In this document: positions 13,266-23,109 of the stretch, piece after piece
How the letters are laid out: the number at the start of each line of letters is the position of its first letter
Position numbering within the stretch: position 1 is the stretch's first letter
Assembly (NCBI GenBank): GCA_963734535.1
Contig: CAVTHS010000003.1
Span: 32,001 to 96,000 of the forward strand
From: an uncultured Chloroflexia bacterium
GTDB lineage: Bacteria; Chloroflexota; Limnocylindria; Limnocylindrales; CSP1-4
Direction: 5' to 3'
DNA: 64,000 nt
Program-made: the position numbers and the translations under genes
The notes under the pieces: model-generated
What the model saw: only the letters and a program-made list of their open reading frames with translations
Told to the model about the DNA's origin: nothing
The model's database searches: none

Positions 13266-13799
13266 CTACCAGCGTTCCTCGTGGACAAGCTCCGTGAGGA
13301 GCCGACGGCCGCCCGCCCGTTTCGGCGCGGCCAGGACCGACTCGTCGGCCGGGTAACCGAACGAGAGCAGGTACTCGCAGTGCATGCCCTCGGGCAGGCC
13401 GAGCAGGGCGGCCGCTCGCGCCTGCTCGTACACCGTCGCCGGGACGCTGCCGATTCCGAGCTCCCAGGCGGCGAGCACCATGTTCTGGGCTGCCCGCCCG
13501 ATGTCGAACTCGATCGAGAGCGGCGCGCCATCCGCGTGCGGGTCTGGGGTCACGAGCGCGATCGCGACCGCGGCACCCGCGAGGTGCGCGGCAAATGGAC
13601 CCACCGTCGAGAGCTCGCGCAGGTGGTCGCGGTCGCGGCAGACGACGAACGCCCAGCGCTGCAGGTTCTTCGAGCTTCCGGCTCGCCGGCCCGCGTTGAG
13701 GATTCGCTCGATGGCGGGGGGGTCGAGCGGGCGATCCGCGAAGGTGCGGACGACCCGCAGGGAGTCGATGGCCTCCCAGGTGCCGAGGGCCGGTTCCAT
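13266..13799 (-). CDS. Nitroreductase family protein
   Basis: RVVRTF, AGSSKNLQRWAF, DIGRAAQNMVLAAWELGIGS, FGYP. Confidence 0.9.
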   Translation of the reverse strand: MEPALGTWEAIDSLRVVRTFADRPLDPPAIERILNAGRRAGSSKNLQRWAFVVCRDRDHLRELSTVGPFAAHLAGAAVAIALVTPDPHADGAPLSIEFDIGRAAQNMVLAAWELGIGSVPATVYEQARAAALLGLPEGMHCEYLLSFGYPADESVLAAPKRAGGRRLLTELVHEERW

Positions 13800-13835
13800 T
13801 CGCGTGCCTCCAGGTGCGCGGGCTCAGTCGTTCCG

Positions 13836-14924
13836 TCAGGACGGGATGGGATTCGGGTCGTTGTGCGCGCGGGCGGGATCATCGAGCGTCCCGCCGGGGG
13901 GCGGCGGTGCCGGTGCGGCCGGGCGCTCGAACGCGCTGAGCGAGCCATCCGTGTCAGGCGGGCGCCGTACACGGGCGGCAACAGCGCGTGCGGCGGCCCG
14001 GTCGGGCTCGGCCGTGCCCGCGAGGTTTCGCGCCAGGAAGGCCGCGATCCGACCCCGGTAGGCCGGATCCTCGTAGAGCCAGCGATGCCGGCCCTCGGGC
14101 AGGACCAGGAGCTCGACCTCGCGACCGGCGACACGCCGCGCCGCCCGGTCCAGGCGAAGCGCGTTGTCGGCGCCGACGACCTCGTCCTGCTCGCCGTGGA
14201 CGATGAGGATCGGGCCCGGGTATCGCCTCACCGCCGCGGTGGCGCTCACCTCGGACGGCGCGTGGCCGCGCGGTCGAAGGTAGACCCGCGTCGTGAGGGC
14301 AGCCAGCGGCTGGGCGATCAGCCCCGGCATGGTCAGGCCGGCCAGCTGGAACGTCCGCCGGGTCAGGCGTCGCGGATCCGCCGGGGCGGCCGTCATCACG
14401 AGCGCCGCGACCCGGGGATCGTCCGCGGCCGCGATCGCCGCGCCGATCGCACCCATCGAGTGGCCCAGGACGGCCACGGCAGTCACGTCGGGCCGCGCGG
14501 CCGCAAGCTCGACGGCCGCCCGTGCGTCGGCACCAAACTCGGCTGCGCTGATCGGGAGGGTCTCCGGCGGGTTGTCGCCGTGGCCACGAACGTCGAACAG
14601 GAGCGAGGCGAACCCGGCGGCGCGCAGGAACCGGGCGTTCGGCAGCATCCGCGCCCGGTTGGACTCCCAGCCGTGGACCAGCACGACGGCCGGCGCGGGC
14701 CGGCCTCCGGCAGCCGGCACGAACCACCCGGGGAGCGAGCCCGCATCGGATTGGACGGTCGCGACCTCGAAGGGGAGGTCATGGGCTTCCGGCGTCTCCA
14801 TCGGCGGCCGGCGCGCCGGGAGGCCCGCGCGGCGCCGATACTCGATGGCGAAGCGGTAGGCCGCCGCGGACGGAGCCACGATCGCGGCACCGAGCGCCAG
14901 CAGCACCTTGCGGGATGTGCGCAT
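13836..14924 (-). CDS. Alpha/beta hydrolase
   Basis: HGWES, FDVRGHG, GHSMG nucleophile, HGEQDEVV, GRH. Confidence 0.9.
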   Translation of the reverse strand: MRTSRKVLLALGAAIVAPSAAAYRFAIEYRRRAGLPARRPPMETPEAHDLPFEVATVQSDAGSLPGWFVPAAGGRPAPAVVLVHGWESNRARMLPNARFLRAAGFASLLFDVRGHGDNPPETLPISAAEFGADARAAVELAAARPDVTAVAVLGHSMGAIGAAIAAADDPRVAALVMTAAPADPRRLTRRTFQLAGLTMPGLIAQPLAALTTRVYLRPRGHAPSEVSATAAVRRYPGPILIVHGEQDEVVGADNALRLDRAARRVAGREVELLVLPEGRHRWLYEDPAYRGRIAAFLARNLAGTAEPDRAAARAVAARVRRPPDTDGSLSAFERPAAPAPPPPGGTLDDPARAHNDPNPIPS

Positions 14925-14962
14925 GGCCGAAGGGTACCGCCCTGCTCGGCTAGGATGGTGGG

Positions 14963-15850
14963 ATGGCCCAACGTGACCCCCACGAGGTGCTCGGCGTCGA
15001 CCGGGATGCCAGCCAGGCCACCGTGAAGGCGGCCTGGCGGCGCCTGGCCCGCGAGCACCACCCCGACCTCGCGGGTGACGCTGCCGCGCGCCGGGACGCG
15101 ACGCGCAGGATGGCCGAGATCAACGCGGCCTACCAGGCACTCCGCGCCGGCGCCGGCGGGCGCCCCGGCAGGTCAGACTCGCCGGGAGGTGGCGCCGGGA
15201 CGGCGGGGGGGCAGGCACCAGGCCCGGGTGCGCCCGACGCCACGCGTGCCAGCGGCCCGCCGCCGCCGCCGCCCAGCAGGCCGGTCACGGCCCGGTTCGA
15301 CACGACGCACCTCTTCCGGCAGCGCAACGCGACGACGACCCCCGCCGGGGGCGGATATCGTCACCGGCCGCGGGCGCCGATCGCGCTCCGCCGGGCGACG
15401 TGGGGCGAGGCCGAGGAGCCGCGGGCGTCGGACCCGACGGGCCCGCTACAGCGCGTCCGCTCCCGGCGTGGAGCCCATCGGCCGCTGCCGAGCCTCGACG
15501 CAGCGCGGGCGACCGAGATCGTCTTCGGCAAGTTCCACGGGCATACGCTCGGCGAGATCGAGGCCCTCGAGCCGACGTACCTCGAATGGCTGGAGCGGAC
15601 GATCACCCGCGACCCGGACCTGGTGGCGGCCGCCCGCGTGGTCCTCGACGAGCGCGACCGCTCGCGCGCCGGCTGGGTCGACCCGGCCGATGGGATCGAT
15701 GCCCCAGGCGAGACCAACGGCGCGGACGGGGTCGGTGCCGCGCACGGGTCCGACGCTGACGGCGGTCCGGGTCCCGATCACCGAGAGGTTTCGGACGCGG
15801 CGCCAGCAAGGTCCGCGGGCGGACGCGGCGTGGGAAGTGCCTCGGCATGA
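14963..15850 (+). CDS. J-domain protein with a C-terminal FGK-x-x-G...YLEW module
   Basis: DPHEVLGV...HHPD...MAEINAAYQAL J domain; C-terminal FGKFHGHTLGEI...YLEWL. Confidence 0.82.
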   Translation: MAQRDPHEVLGVDRDASQATVKAAWRRLAREHHPDLAGDAAARRDATRRMAEINAAYQALRAGAGGRPGRSDSPGGGAGTAGGQAPGPGAPDATRASGPPPPPPSRPVTARFDTTHLFRQRNATTTPAGGGYRHRPRAPIALRRATWGEAEEPRASDPTGPLQRVRSRRGAHRPLPSLDAARATEIVFGKFHGHTLGEIEALEPTYLEWLERTITRDPDLVAAARVVLDERDRSRAGWVDPADGIDAPGETNGADGVGAAHGSDADGGPGPDHREVSDAAPARSAGGRGVGSASA

Positions 15851-16321
15851 ACGGCGGCGGGGACGCCGGATGGCGTCCCCGCGAAGCAGTGACGAGTGGA
15901 TCCGCGGGATAGGTCCGCGGCCCCGATGATTGCGACAGCCACCGCCGCGGACCGGGCCTGCTGGCCGGAGATCCATGGTTACTCGACTCGTGCCCGATGC
16001 CCCAGGGGCCACCCAATGACGCTCCCCGCAGCGTTCTCGAAGTTCGGTGTGTCCCGGTGCTCCGGGCCGTGGCCGACGCCCCAGGTTGGTCCCGGTGGCT
16101 CGCGCCGACGGCTGCATCTCGGAAGGTATGCCGGTCGGCCAGCCGTGGCAATACGACCTCCGTCCGGGTCGGGGACCCCGCAATGGTCGGTGGCGTCCAC
16201 GCACCGGCCCCGGACCCACGTACCAGGTGACCGTGGGCACCGGTTCCCGTCGCCGCGCCTCGCGGGAGTGCTGCGACCCGGCCGTGCGGCAGCCGCACCT
16301 GGGGCCGGGTACGCTGGTCGC

Positions 16322-16924
16322 ATGTTCAGCGCGCTCGCCCGGGGAGGTCTCGGCTTTGTCGCCGCAGCCGTGCTCGTCGCGGCGTGCGCGAGCTCGTCGC
16401 CCCCGCCTTCGTTCGATCCGACCGCGCCATGCGGCGGCGTCGACCGCCAGGAGATGAAGGGCGCTTACCCCGACCTCGAGGCGCGGATCCCGCTCCAGCT
16501 CGACGGCCAGGCGGCGGACAGCCGTGACTCGGGGCGCTTCTGCTCGAAGGCAACGCTGGGAACGCTGTGGGACGCGGGGATCCGCGAATCCCAGTTCGGG
16601 GGCGGGATCTGGGCGATCGACCCGGCGGGCGGGACCTCGCTTGCCGGCCTCCAGCTCTCGGTCTTCCGGGCGCCCGCCCTGACCGCGCAGCTCCTCGCCG
16701 ACGAGTACAAGGCCGGGGCGGCGGGCACGAGCCGGGTCACCATCGTCTCGGCCACGAATGAGCAGGTCACGGGCCGGCCCGGGTTCCGGATCAACCTCCT
16801 CAACGGCGATTCGCACCAGGCGATCGTGGTCTGGCCATCGGCCGACGGGTCGGTGGTCCAGGTCGTGATCGCATCGGATGTCGGGGAGTCGAAGGTCCAG
16901 GCGGCGATCGCGGCGCTCCACTGA
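16322..16924 (+). CDS. Hypothetical lipoprotein
   Basis: Signal peptide with lipobox LVAAC; good codon bias. Confidence 0.7.
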   Translation: MFSALARGGLGFVAAAVLVAACASSSPPPSFDPTAPCGGVDRQEMKGAYPDLEARIPLQLDGQAADSRDSGRFCSKATLGTLWDAGIRESQFGGGIWAIDPAGGTSLAGLQLSVFRAPALTAQLLADEYKAGAAGTSRVTIVSATNEQVTGRPGFRINLLNGDSHQAIVVWPSADGSVVQVVIASDVGESKVQAAIAALH

Positions 16925-17000
16925 AGCCGGCCCGCCGCCGCGCTCGCCGCAGCGATGCCGGGCGTGGACGCCAGGAGCGCGCGCGGCTAGGATCCAACCC

Positions 17001-18818
17001 ATGACGTGGCAGGCCCGGAAGCGCGCCTGGGAGCGCGAGCGACTCGACCCGGTGCGCGCCCGTTCGCCGGAGCGCTCGCCTCGTTTCACCACGATCTCGG
17101 ACGTGGAGGTGGCGCGCCTCTACGGCCCGTGGGACTGGGTCCCGTCGAACCGCGCAACGGGCGAGGGCGGCAGCACTGGCGCGGGCGGGGACGGGGCTGG
17201 CGCGACACCGCGCGACCCAGCCGGCGCGGGCGGCCCCACCGCGGTGGACCATCGCGGCGAGCGGTTGCGGGCGGGCCGTTGGGACGCGTTTGATCCGCTC
17301 CGCGACATCGGATTCCCGGGGGAGCCGCCATTCACGCGGGGCGTCCACCCGACCGGCTACCGCGGGCGCGCCTGGACGATGCGGATGTTCGCCGGGTTCG
17401 GCGCGGCCGAGGACACGAATTCCCGCTTCCGCGACCTGCTCGCGGCTGGCCAGACCGGCCTCTCGGTCGCGTTCGACATGCCGACCCTCTACGGCTACGA
17501 CACGGACGACCCGGAGGCCGAGGGCGAGTTCGGGACCTGTGGGGTTGCGGTCAGCTCGCTCGCCGACATGGAGGTGCTCCTCGACGGGCTGCCGCTGGAC
17601 CGGGTCAGCACGTCGATGACCATCAACTCGCCGGCAGCGCCGGTCTGGGCGATGTACATCGTGGCCGCCGAGAAGCGTGGCGTGCCGCGGGCCGCGCTCG
17701 AGGGGACCCTCCAGAACGACATCCTCAAGGAGTTCATCGCCCAGAAGGAGTACCTCTTCCCGCCCGCGCCGTCACTCCGCCTGGTGACCGACACGATCGA
17801 GTTCGGGACTCGCGAGCTGCCGCGCTGGAACACGGTCTCGATCAGCGGCTACCACATCCGCGAGGCGGGCAGCACGGCCGTCCAGGAGCTGGCGTTCACG
17901 CTCGCCGACGGCATGGCGTACACGGAGGCGGCGCTCGCCCGGGGGCTCCGGGTCGACGACTTCGCACCCCGGCTCTCCTTCTTCTTCAACTCGCACGCCG
18001 ACTTCTTCGAGGAGATCGCGAAGTTCCGGGCCGCACGGCGCATCTGGTGGAAGCTCATGACGGCGCGCTACGGCGCCGAGAACGAGCGCTCGACATGGCT
18101 GCGTTTCCATACCCAGACCGCCGGTGTCAGCCTCACGCCCCAGCAGCCGCTCAACAACCTCACGCGGGTGGCGGTCCAGGCGCTGGCGGCCGTCCTGGGC
18201 GGCACCCAGTCGCTCCACACGGATGCCTACGACGAGGCGTGGGCCGTGCCGACCGCAGAGGCCGCGCTCCTCGCCCTTCGGCAGCAGCAGGTGATCGCCG
18301 AGGAGACGGGCGTCACGAATACGGTCGACCCGCTGGGCGGGAGCTGGTTCGTCGAGTCGCTCACGAACCGGACGGAGCGCGACGTGTGGCGGTATCTCGA
18401 CGAGATCGACGCGCGCGGCGGGATGGTCGCGGCGGTCGCCCAGGGGTACCCGCAGCGCGAGATCGCGGACGCTGCGTACCGGTTCCAGCGCGAGATCGAC
18501 GGCGGCGAGCGGCGCATCGTGGGCATGAACGCCCACGTGGACCCCGACGAGGTGCTCGCCGTGCCGCTGCTCCGCGTGCCCGAAGGATCACTGGAACGCC
18601 ACCTGGCGCGCCTCGAGCGCACCCGCCGCGAGCGCGATCCGGGCGCCGTGGAGACCGCGCTGGCGGGTCTGCACGGGGCGGCCTCGGCCCCGGAATCGTC
18701 GGCCACGAACCTGATGCCGCATTTCCTTCGCTGCGCGGCCGCCTACGCCACGCTCGGCGAGCAGTGCCGGGTGCTGCGGGAGGTGTTCGGGGAGTACCGC
18801 GAGCCCGTGGCGATCTGA
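17001..18818 (+). CDS. icmA: B12-dependent acyl-CoA mutase large subunit, isobutyryl-CoA mutase type
   Basis: [33 protein letters not shown]. Specificity residues MRMFAGF (Phe) and KEFIAQKE (Gln) replace the Tyr/Arg of methylmalonyl-CoA mutase. No B12-binding domain. Confidence 0.85.
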   Translation: MTWQARKRAWERERLDPVRARSPERSPRFTTISDVEVARLYGPWDWVPSNRATGEGGSTGAGGDGAGATPRDPAGAGGPTAVDHRGERLRAGRWDAFDPLRDIGFPGEPPFTRGVHPTGYRGRAWTMRMFAGFGAAEDTNSRFRDLLAAGQTGLSVAFDMPTLYGYDTDDPEAEGEFGTCGVAVSSLADMEVLLDGLPLDRVSTSMTINSPAAPVWAMYIVAAEKRGVPRAALEGTLQNDILKEFIAQKEYLFPPAPSLRLVTDTIEFGTRELPRWNTVSISGYHIREAGSTAVQELAFTLADGMAYTEAALARGLRVDDFAPRLSFFFNSHADFFEEIAKFRAARRIWWKLMTARYGAENERSTWLRFHTQTAGVSLTPQQPLNNLTRVAVQALAAVLGGTQSLHTDAYDEAWAVPTAEAALLALRQQQVIAEETGVTNTVDPLGGSWFVESLTNRTERDVWRYLDEIDARGGMVAAVAQGYPQREIADAAYRFQREIDGGERRIVGMNAHVDPDEVLAVPLLRVPEGSLERHLARLERTRRERDPGAVETALAGLHGAASAPESSATNLMPHFLRCAAAYATLGEQCRVLREVFGEYREPVAI

Positions 18819-18855
18819 GCGCGGACGCGGGTGGGGGTCCCGCGGGCGTCCCGGG

Positions 18856-19623
18856 CTATCCGGCTGCGTCAGGCCCCACGGAATCCAGCTCGTCTCGATC
18901 CCCGTCCGGGTCGCTCTCGGGCAGGGAGTCGGCGACCGTCCGCGCGAAGCGCGCCGCCTCGACGAGCGATCCGGCCAGGAAGTCCACCTCGACGCGCGAG
19001 GCCACGCCTGGATCGGCGGCGATCGTGCCACCCAGCATGATCGGGAAGGCTCGCGCGGCCCGCGCGCCGCTGGCCGCCGCAACTGCATCGCGGACCGCCG
19101 GTTCCCGCTCCGGCAGCGACGCGCTGAGCGCCAGCAACGCCGCGTGGTTGCGGGCAAGGAACCGGGCCAGATCGGCCGGGGGCACGTCGGGCCCCAGGTT
19201 CGTCACGCTCCATCCGTCGTCGCGCAGCACCTGGTCGAGGCAGGCGAGGCCGAGCCCATGGTGCTCGCCGGCCACGCCCGCGAGGACTGCCAGCGGTCCG
19301 ACACGGCTCTCGGGCCCCTGCGGTGCACGGACCCGCTCGAGCGCGCGCAGCAGCGTCTGGGAGGCAAGGTGCTCCTCCGCGACGGTCCAGCGGCCGCTGC
19401 TCCAGCGCTCGCCGACCAGGCGCATCGCATCGCGAAGCAGGCCGTCGAAGGCGACGGCGCGGCCCTGCTCGGCGATGGCGCTCCGGAGGGTCCAGGCCGC
19501 CAGCTCGTCATCGCCGTCGGCGAGGAGGGACGCGAGCAGGTCGGGCGTGAACGTCGCGGCGGCGAATGGCTCGGCCGCGTGAGTGGGATCGACGGGCGGG
19601 AGCTTCGGCATCTGGTCCTGCAT
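18856..19623 (-). CDS. Stand-alone cobalamin-binding protein of CarH/AerR photoreceptor type
   Basis: W-x9-EH (WSSGRWTVAEEH), GEHHGLG, NLGPDVP, IMLGG. No HTH domain. Confidence 0.78.
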   Translation of the reverse strand: MQDQMPKLPPVDPTHAAEPFAAATFTPDLLASLLADGDDELAAWTLRSAIAEQGRAVAFDGLLRDAMRLVGERWSSGRWTVAEEHLASQTLLRALERVRAPQGPESRVGPLAVLAGVAGEHHGLGLACLDQVLRDDGWSVTNLGPDVPPADLARFLARNHAALLALSASLPEREPAVRDAVAAASGARAARAFPIMLGGTIAADPGVASRVEVDFLAGSLVEAARFARTVADSLPESDPDGDRDELDSVGPDAAG

Positions 19624-19741
19624 CGAGGGTTGACTCTATCACCGGTTCGGTGCCGGGCGGCCGGCGGATGGGTCGGACCGCGGAGGTTCTGGCGCTCGCC
19701 TGATTCTCGCGCTCGCCTGGCCTGCCGGATACCATCCGGGC

Positions 19742-20218
19742 ATGTATGCCGACGCACTCTCCTTCCTCGAGGACGAACGGGACGCCTGGCGTCCGTACGA
19801 GGACCTGTTCAGCCTGACCCCCGCCCAGCTGGAGGTGCCCGTAGCCGGCCCGGATCACTGGTCCGGCAGGGACCTGCTGGGCCACCTCGTCTTCTGCCAG
19901 GAGTACGCGCTTGACGTCGCGCGCGAGCTGGCAGTCGGCGAGACGAGCGCCGCTCTGGTTCGCGGCGAAGCCGACTGGGACGCCCGGGGCGACGCGGTCA
20001 ACGACGAGGCGGTTGCTGCGTGGCGCGCCATGCCCATCGAGGAGCTGCTCGGCCGCGCACGGACGGTCCCGGGCGAGCTGCGCGGCCACCTGACGGTCGT
20101 GCCCGAGGCGCGCTGGCTCAAGAACGGCGAGGTCCAGGCGTTCTTTGCGGGCGAGACGATCGACCATTACGCCGATCACGCACAAGATCTCGCGCTGATC
20201 CTCGCCGCGGCACGATGA
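19742..20218 (+). CDS. DinB-like four-helix bundle protein
   Basis: WSGRDLLGHL and DHYADH. Confidence 0.75.
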   Translation: MYADALSFLEDERDAWRPYEDLFSLTPAQLEVPVAGPDHWSGRDLLGHLVFCQEYALDVARELAVGETSAALVRGEADWDARGDAVNDEAVAAWRAMPIEELLGRARTVPGELRGHLTVVPEARWLKNGEVQAFFAGETIDHYADHAQDLALILAAAR

Positions 20219-20261
20219 CGGCGCCGTCGCTCGCTTTGCCCGGCTCCGGCCCCGCCGTCCG

Positions 20262-20651
20262 ATGACGGCGCCGACGCTCGCGACGCTCCTCGCGGGCGGG
20301 GCTGCTCGGCTGGAAGGCGCGTCCGCGGTCCCGACAGGGCAGGGGACCGACCTCTATCTCGACGACGTCCTCTTCGCCTCGATCGTGGTGGACGCGGCGG
20401 AGTTCCGCCTTCGCGACGAGGTGGGCGCCGCCGCCTTGCGGACCCCGAACGTGTCGGTCTCCCCGCGCGGGCCGGGCTGGGTGCGGTTCGCGCCGCGGCA
20501 GCTCGACGGGCACGCCCGGGACCGCGCACTGGCCTGGCTCGAGAGCGCATGGCGGCGCGCCGACGCGGAGCTCTCGGGCGTGGCGGGCCCGGCGTTCGGA
20601 GAAGCCGACGGCGAGGATCCGGCCGATCTCGATGACGACGAGGACGGTTGA
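20262..20651 (+). CDS. Hypothetical protein, possibly YjbR/TfoX-like
   Basis: Coding bias; GWVRF and AWLESAWRRA. Family assignment is tentative. Confidence 0.6.
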   Translation: MTAPTLATLLAGGAARLEGASAVPTGQGTDLYLDDVLFASIVVDAAEFRLRDEVGAAALRTPNVSVSPRGPGWVRFAPRQLDGHARDRALAWLESAWRRADAELSGVAGPAFGEADGEDPADLDDDEDG

Positions 20652-20797
20652 GCCGCGAGCTCGGACCGTGCCGCGGGAGCACGACTGAACGCGCCGCCCC
20701 GCCTCCCGTGCCCCGGAATCGAACCGCCCCAACCGGTCAGCCGGGAGGGGCGGTCGGGCGGCGTCGCCCGCGGCGGCGAATCCGCGGGGCCGTCGGG

Positions 20798-21142
20798 TCA
20801 GATGGCGGTCTTGGCGTATGTCGGCAGGCCGAAGCGCTGCTCCAGCTGATCGGCGGGCTGGAAGCCCACCACGCCCATCGGCTGCTTGCCCTCGCCCGGG
20901 AAGAACGCGATCGTCGGGATGCTCATGATGTTGAAGGCTCGGCTGATACCCGGGTTCGCGTCGACGTCAACCTTCACCACGTCCACGGCGCCGTCGTACT
21001 TGGCTGCGAGCTTCTCGAGCTCCGGGGCGACGAGCTTGCAGGGTCCGCACCAGGCGGCCCAGAAGTCGACGATGACGGGACGCTCGGACTTCAGGACGAG
21101 CTCGTCGAAGGTGGTGTCGGTTGCGTGCTTGATCTCGACCAT
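20798..21142 (-). CDS. trxA: Thioredoxin
   Basis: VDFWAAWCGPCK, VKVDVD, SIPT. Confidence 0.95.
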   Translation of the reverse strand: MVEIKHATDTTFDELVLKSERPVIVDFWAAWCGPCKLVAPELEKLAAKYDGAVDVVKVDVDANPGISRAFNIMSIPTIAFFPGEGKQPMGVVGFQPADQLEQRFGLPTYAKTAI

Positions 21143-21186
21143 CGGTCGGAACCCTTTCTCCCGCCTGCGCGGGCGCGAAGGCGGGC

Positions 21187-21486
21187 CTAGCCGGCCAGCC
21201 CCTGGATGAGACGGTAGGCTTCGAGGACGCGCGGGTCCGCGAGCCTGTAGTAGACGGTGCTCCCGTCTCGTCGGGTGGAGACCAGCCCGGCGCTCCGCAG
21301 CACCGCGAGGTGCTGCGACATGTTCGGCACCTGGCAGCCAACACACGTGGAAAGCTCCGAGACGGAGAACTCGCCGGCGGCAAGCGTCTCGAGGACGCAA
21401 AGCCGTTTCGGGTCGGCCAGCGCCCGCCCGATGAGCGCGGCACGCTGCCGCTCGGCGTCGCTGTTGGTGCGCTGTTCGGTGACCAC
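21187..21486 (-). CDS. ArsR/SmtB family transcriptional regulator
   Basis: ALADPKRL...SQHLAVLRSAGLV...YYRL. Confidence 0.9.
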   Translation of the reverse strand: MVTEQRTNSDAERQRAALIGRALADPKRLCVLETLAAGEFSVSELSTCVGCQVPNMSQHLAVLRSAGLVSTRRDGSTVYYRLADPRVLEAYRLIQGLAG

Positions 21487-21503
21487 GTCAGGAGTATCTC
21501 ATT

Positions 21504-21523
21504 ACTTGCGCAACAACGCAAGT
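21504..21523. promoter_or_regulatory. Inverted repeat ACTTGCG-N6-CGCAAGT, probable ArsR operator
   Basis: Perfect 7-bp inverted repeat in an AT-richer patch just upstream of the arsR-trxA unit. Confidence 0.55.
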
Positions 21524-21611
21524 GCATTGGTCCGATGCTGCAGGGACCGACCGTGCCGGGATCCGACGCGTTCCCGGGCATCCCGCACGGCCGTCCGCGA
21601 TACTGCGCGGC

Positions 21612-22643
21612 ATGCCGATCACCTTCGAACCAGCCTCCCACACGATCTCGCCGGAATCGTTCGACGAGGCGGCCCGGCTGATCGCCGGGCGCGTCGCACG
21701 TACGCCGCTCCTCGCCTCGCGGACCGCGGCTCGCATCGCGGAGTCGGCGAGCGGCGTGCGACTCGAGGGCGGGACGCTCCATGCCAAGGCGGAGCATCTC
21801 CAGGCCACCGGTTCGTTCAAGGTCCGCGGAGCGACCCTGCGACTCGCACTGCTCGACGACGCGGAGAAGGCCGCGGGCGTGATCGCGATCTCGGCGGGCA
21901 ACCATGCCGCAGCCCTCGCGATGGCGGCCCGGCGCGCTGGAATCGACGCGGTCGTCGTCATGCCGGCCGCTGCCGTGCGCTCCAAGGTGGAGGCGTGCCG
22001 CGGATACGGCGCCGAGGTGATCCTCCACGGCGGGACGACCACCGAGGCGTGGGCCGAGATGGAGCGGGTCCGCGATCAGCGCGGCCTCACGCTCATCCAC
22101 CCGTTCGACCACCCGGTCACGATCGCGGGGCAGGGAACGGTGGGTCTCGAGATCCTGGATGATCTTCCGGAGGTCGACGTCGTCGTGGCCGGCGTGGGCG
22201 GTGGCGGGCTGATCTGCGGGATCGCGACGGCGCTCGCGACGCGCAGGCCCGCGACACGCGTGTGGGGTGTCGAGCCGGCAAGCTCGACGGCGGTCTCCAC
22301 TGCGCTCGCCGCGGATGCCATCGTCCCGGTCACGCCGGGCAGCGTGGCCGATGGGCTCAACGCGCCATTCGCCGGCGAGTGGACGCTGCCGCTCGCGAAG
22401 CGTCACCTCGCGGGCATCGTGACGCTCAGCGACCCGGAGATCCTCAGCGGGGTGCGCTTCGCGGCCGAGCGAATGAAGCAGGTCCTGGAGCCAGCGGGCG
22501 CGGCCGGCCTCGCCGCGGTCCTGCATGGTCGGATCCCGCTCCGCGACGGAGATCGCGTGTGCGTCGTCCTCAGCGGCGGGAACGTCGCGATCGAGCGGAT
22601 GGGCGACCTCATGGCCGGGGCCGCGCCGATCGCGGGGCTCTGA
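21612..22643 (+). CDS. Threonine/serine dehydratase (PLP-dependent)
   Basis: KAEHLQATGSFKVRG, SAGNHA, HPFD, GQGTVGLE, VGGGGL, SGGN. Confidence 0.92.
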   Translation: MPITFEPASHTISPESFDEAARLIAGRVARTPLLASRTAARIAESASGVRLEGGTLHAKAEHLQATGSFKVRGATLRLALLDDAEKAAGVIAISAGNHAAALAMAARRAGIDAVVVMPAAAVRSKVEACRGYGAEVILHGGTTTEAWAEMERVRDQRGLTLIHPFDHPVTIAGQGTVGLEILDDLPEVDVVVAGVGGGGLICGIATALATRRPATRVWGVEPASSTAVSTALAADAIVPVTPGSVADGLNAPFAGEWTLPLAKRHLAGIVTLSDPEILSGVRFAAERMKQVLEPAGAAGLAAVLHGRIPLRDGDRVCVVLSGGNVAIERMGDLMAGAAPIAGL

Positions 22644-22658
22644 CCCGCGCCTCGACGC

Positions 22659-23087
22659 TCAGTCGATGCCGAGCTCGGTGAGGCGATCGTCGTCGATTCC
22701 GAGGTGATGGGCGAGCTCGTGGACGACGGTGATCCGGACCTCGTCCTCGAGGTCGAGAGGATCCGGGAAGTCCTCCTCGAGCGGCAGGCGAAAGATCGTG
22801 ATCGAGTTCGGGAACGGCACGTCGTCCGCCCCCCACTCGGTACGCGGGACACCCTCGTAGAGGCCGTACAGGGTCTCGTCCGGCGCCAGGCCCTCTTCCC
22901 GTCGCTGCTCGCGCGACGGCTCGTCCGCAATCACGATCGCCACCTCGCGCAGCGCGGCCGAGAACGGCGGCGGGATGCCGGCGAGGGCGCGGTCGACCAG
23001 CTCCTCGAACCGGGCGTGGCGGGCCTCGCGTCGTCGGCGGACGGCGGCGAGGTCGGCGGCCGGGATCCCGCGGCGTCGCTTGGGCAT
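22659..23087 (-). CDS. Zinicin-like metallopeptidase
   Basis: LYGLYEGVP, ITIFR, TVVHELAHHLGIDD. Confidence 0.9.
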   Translation of the reverse strand: MPKRRRGIPAADLAAVRRRREARHARFEELVDRALAGIPPPFSAALREVAIVIADEPSREQRREEGLAPDETLYGLYEGVPRTEWGADDVPFPNSITIFRLPLEEDFPDPLDLEDEVRITVVHELAHHLGIDDDRLTELGID

Positions 23088-23109
23088 GGCGCCCCTATCC
23101 TACGGCGAC

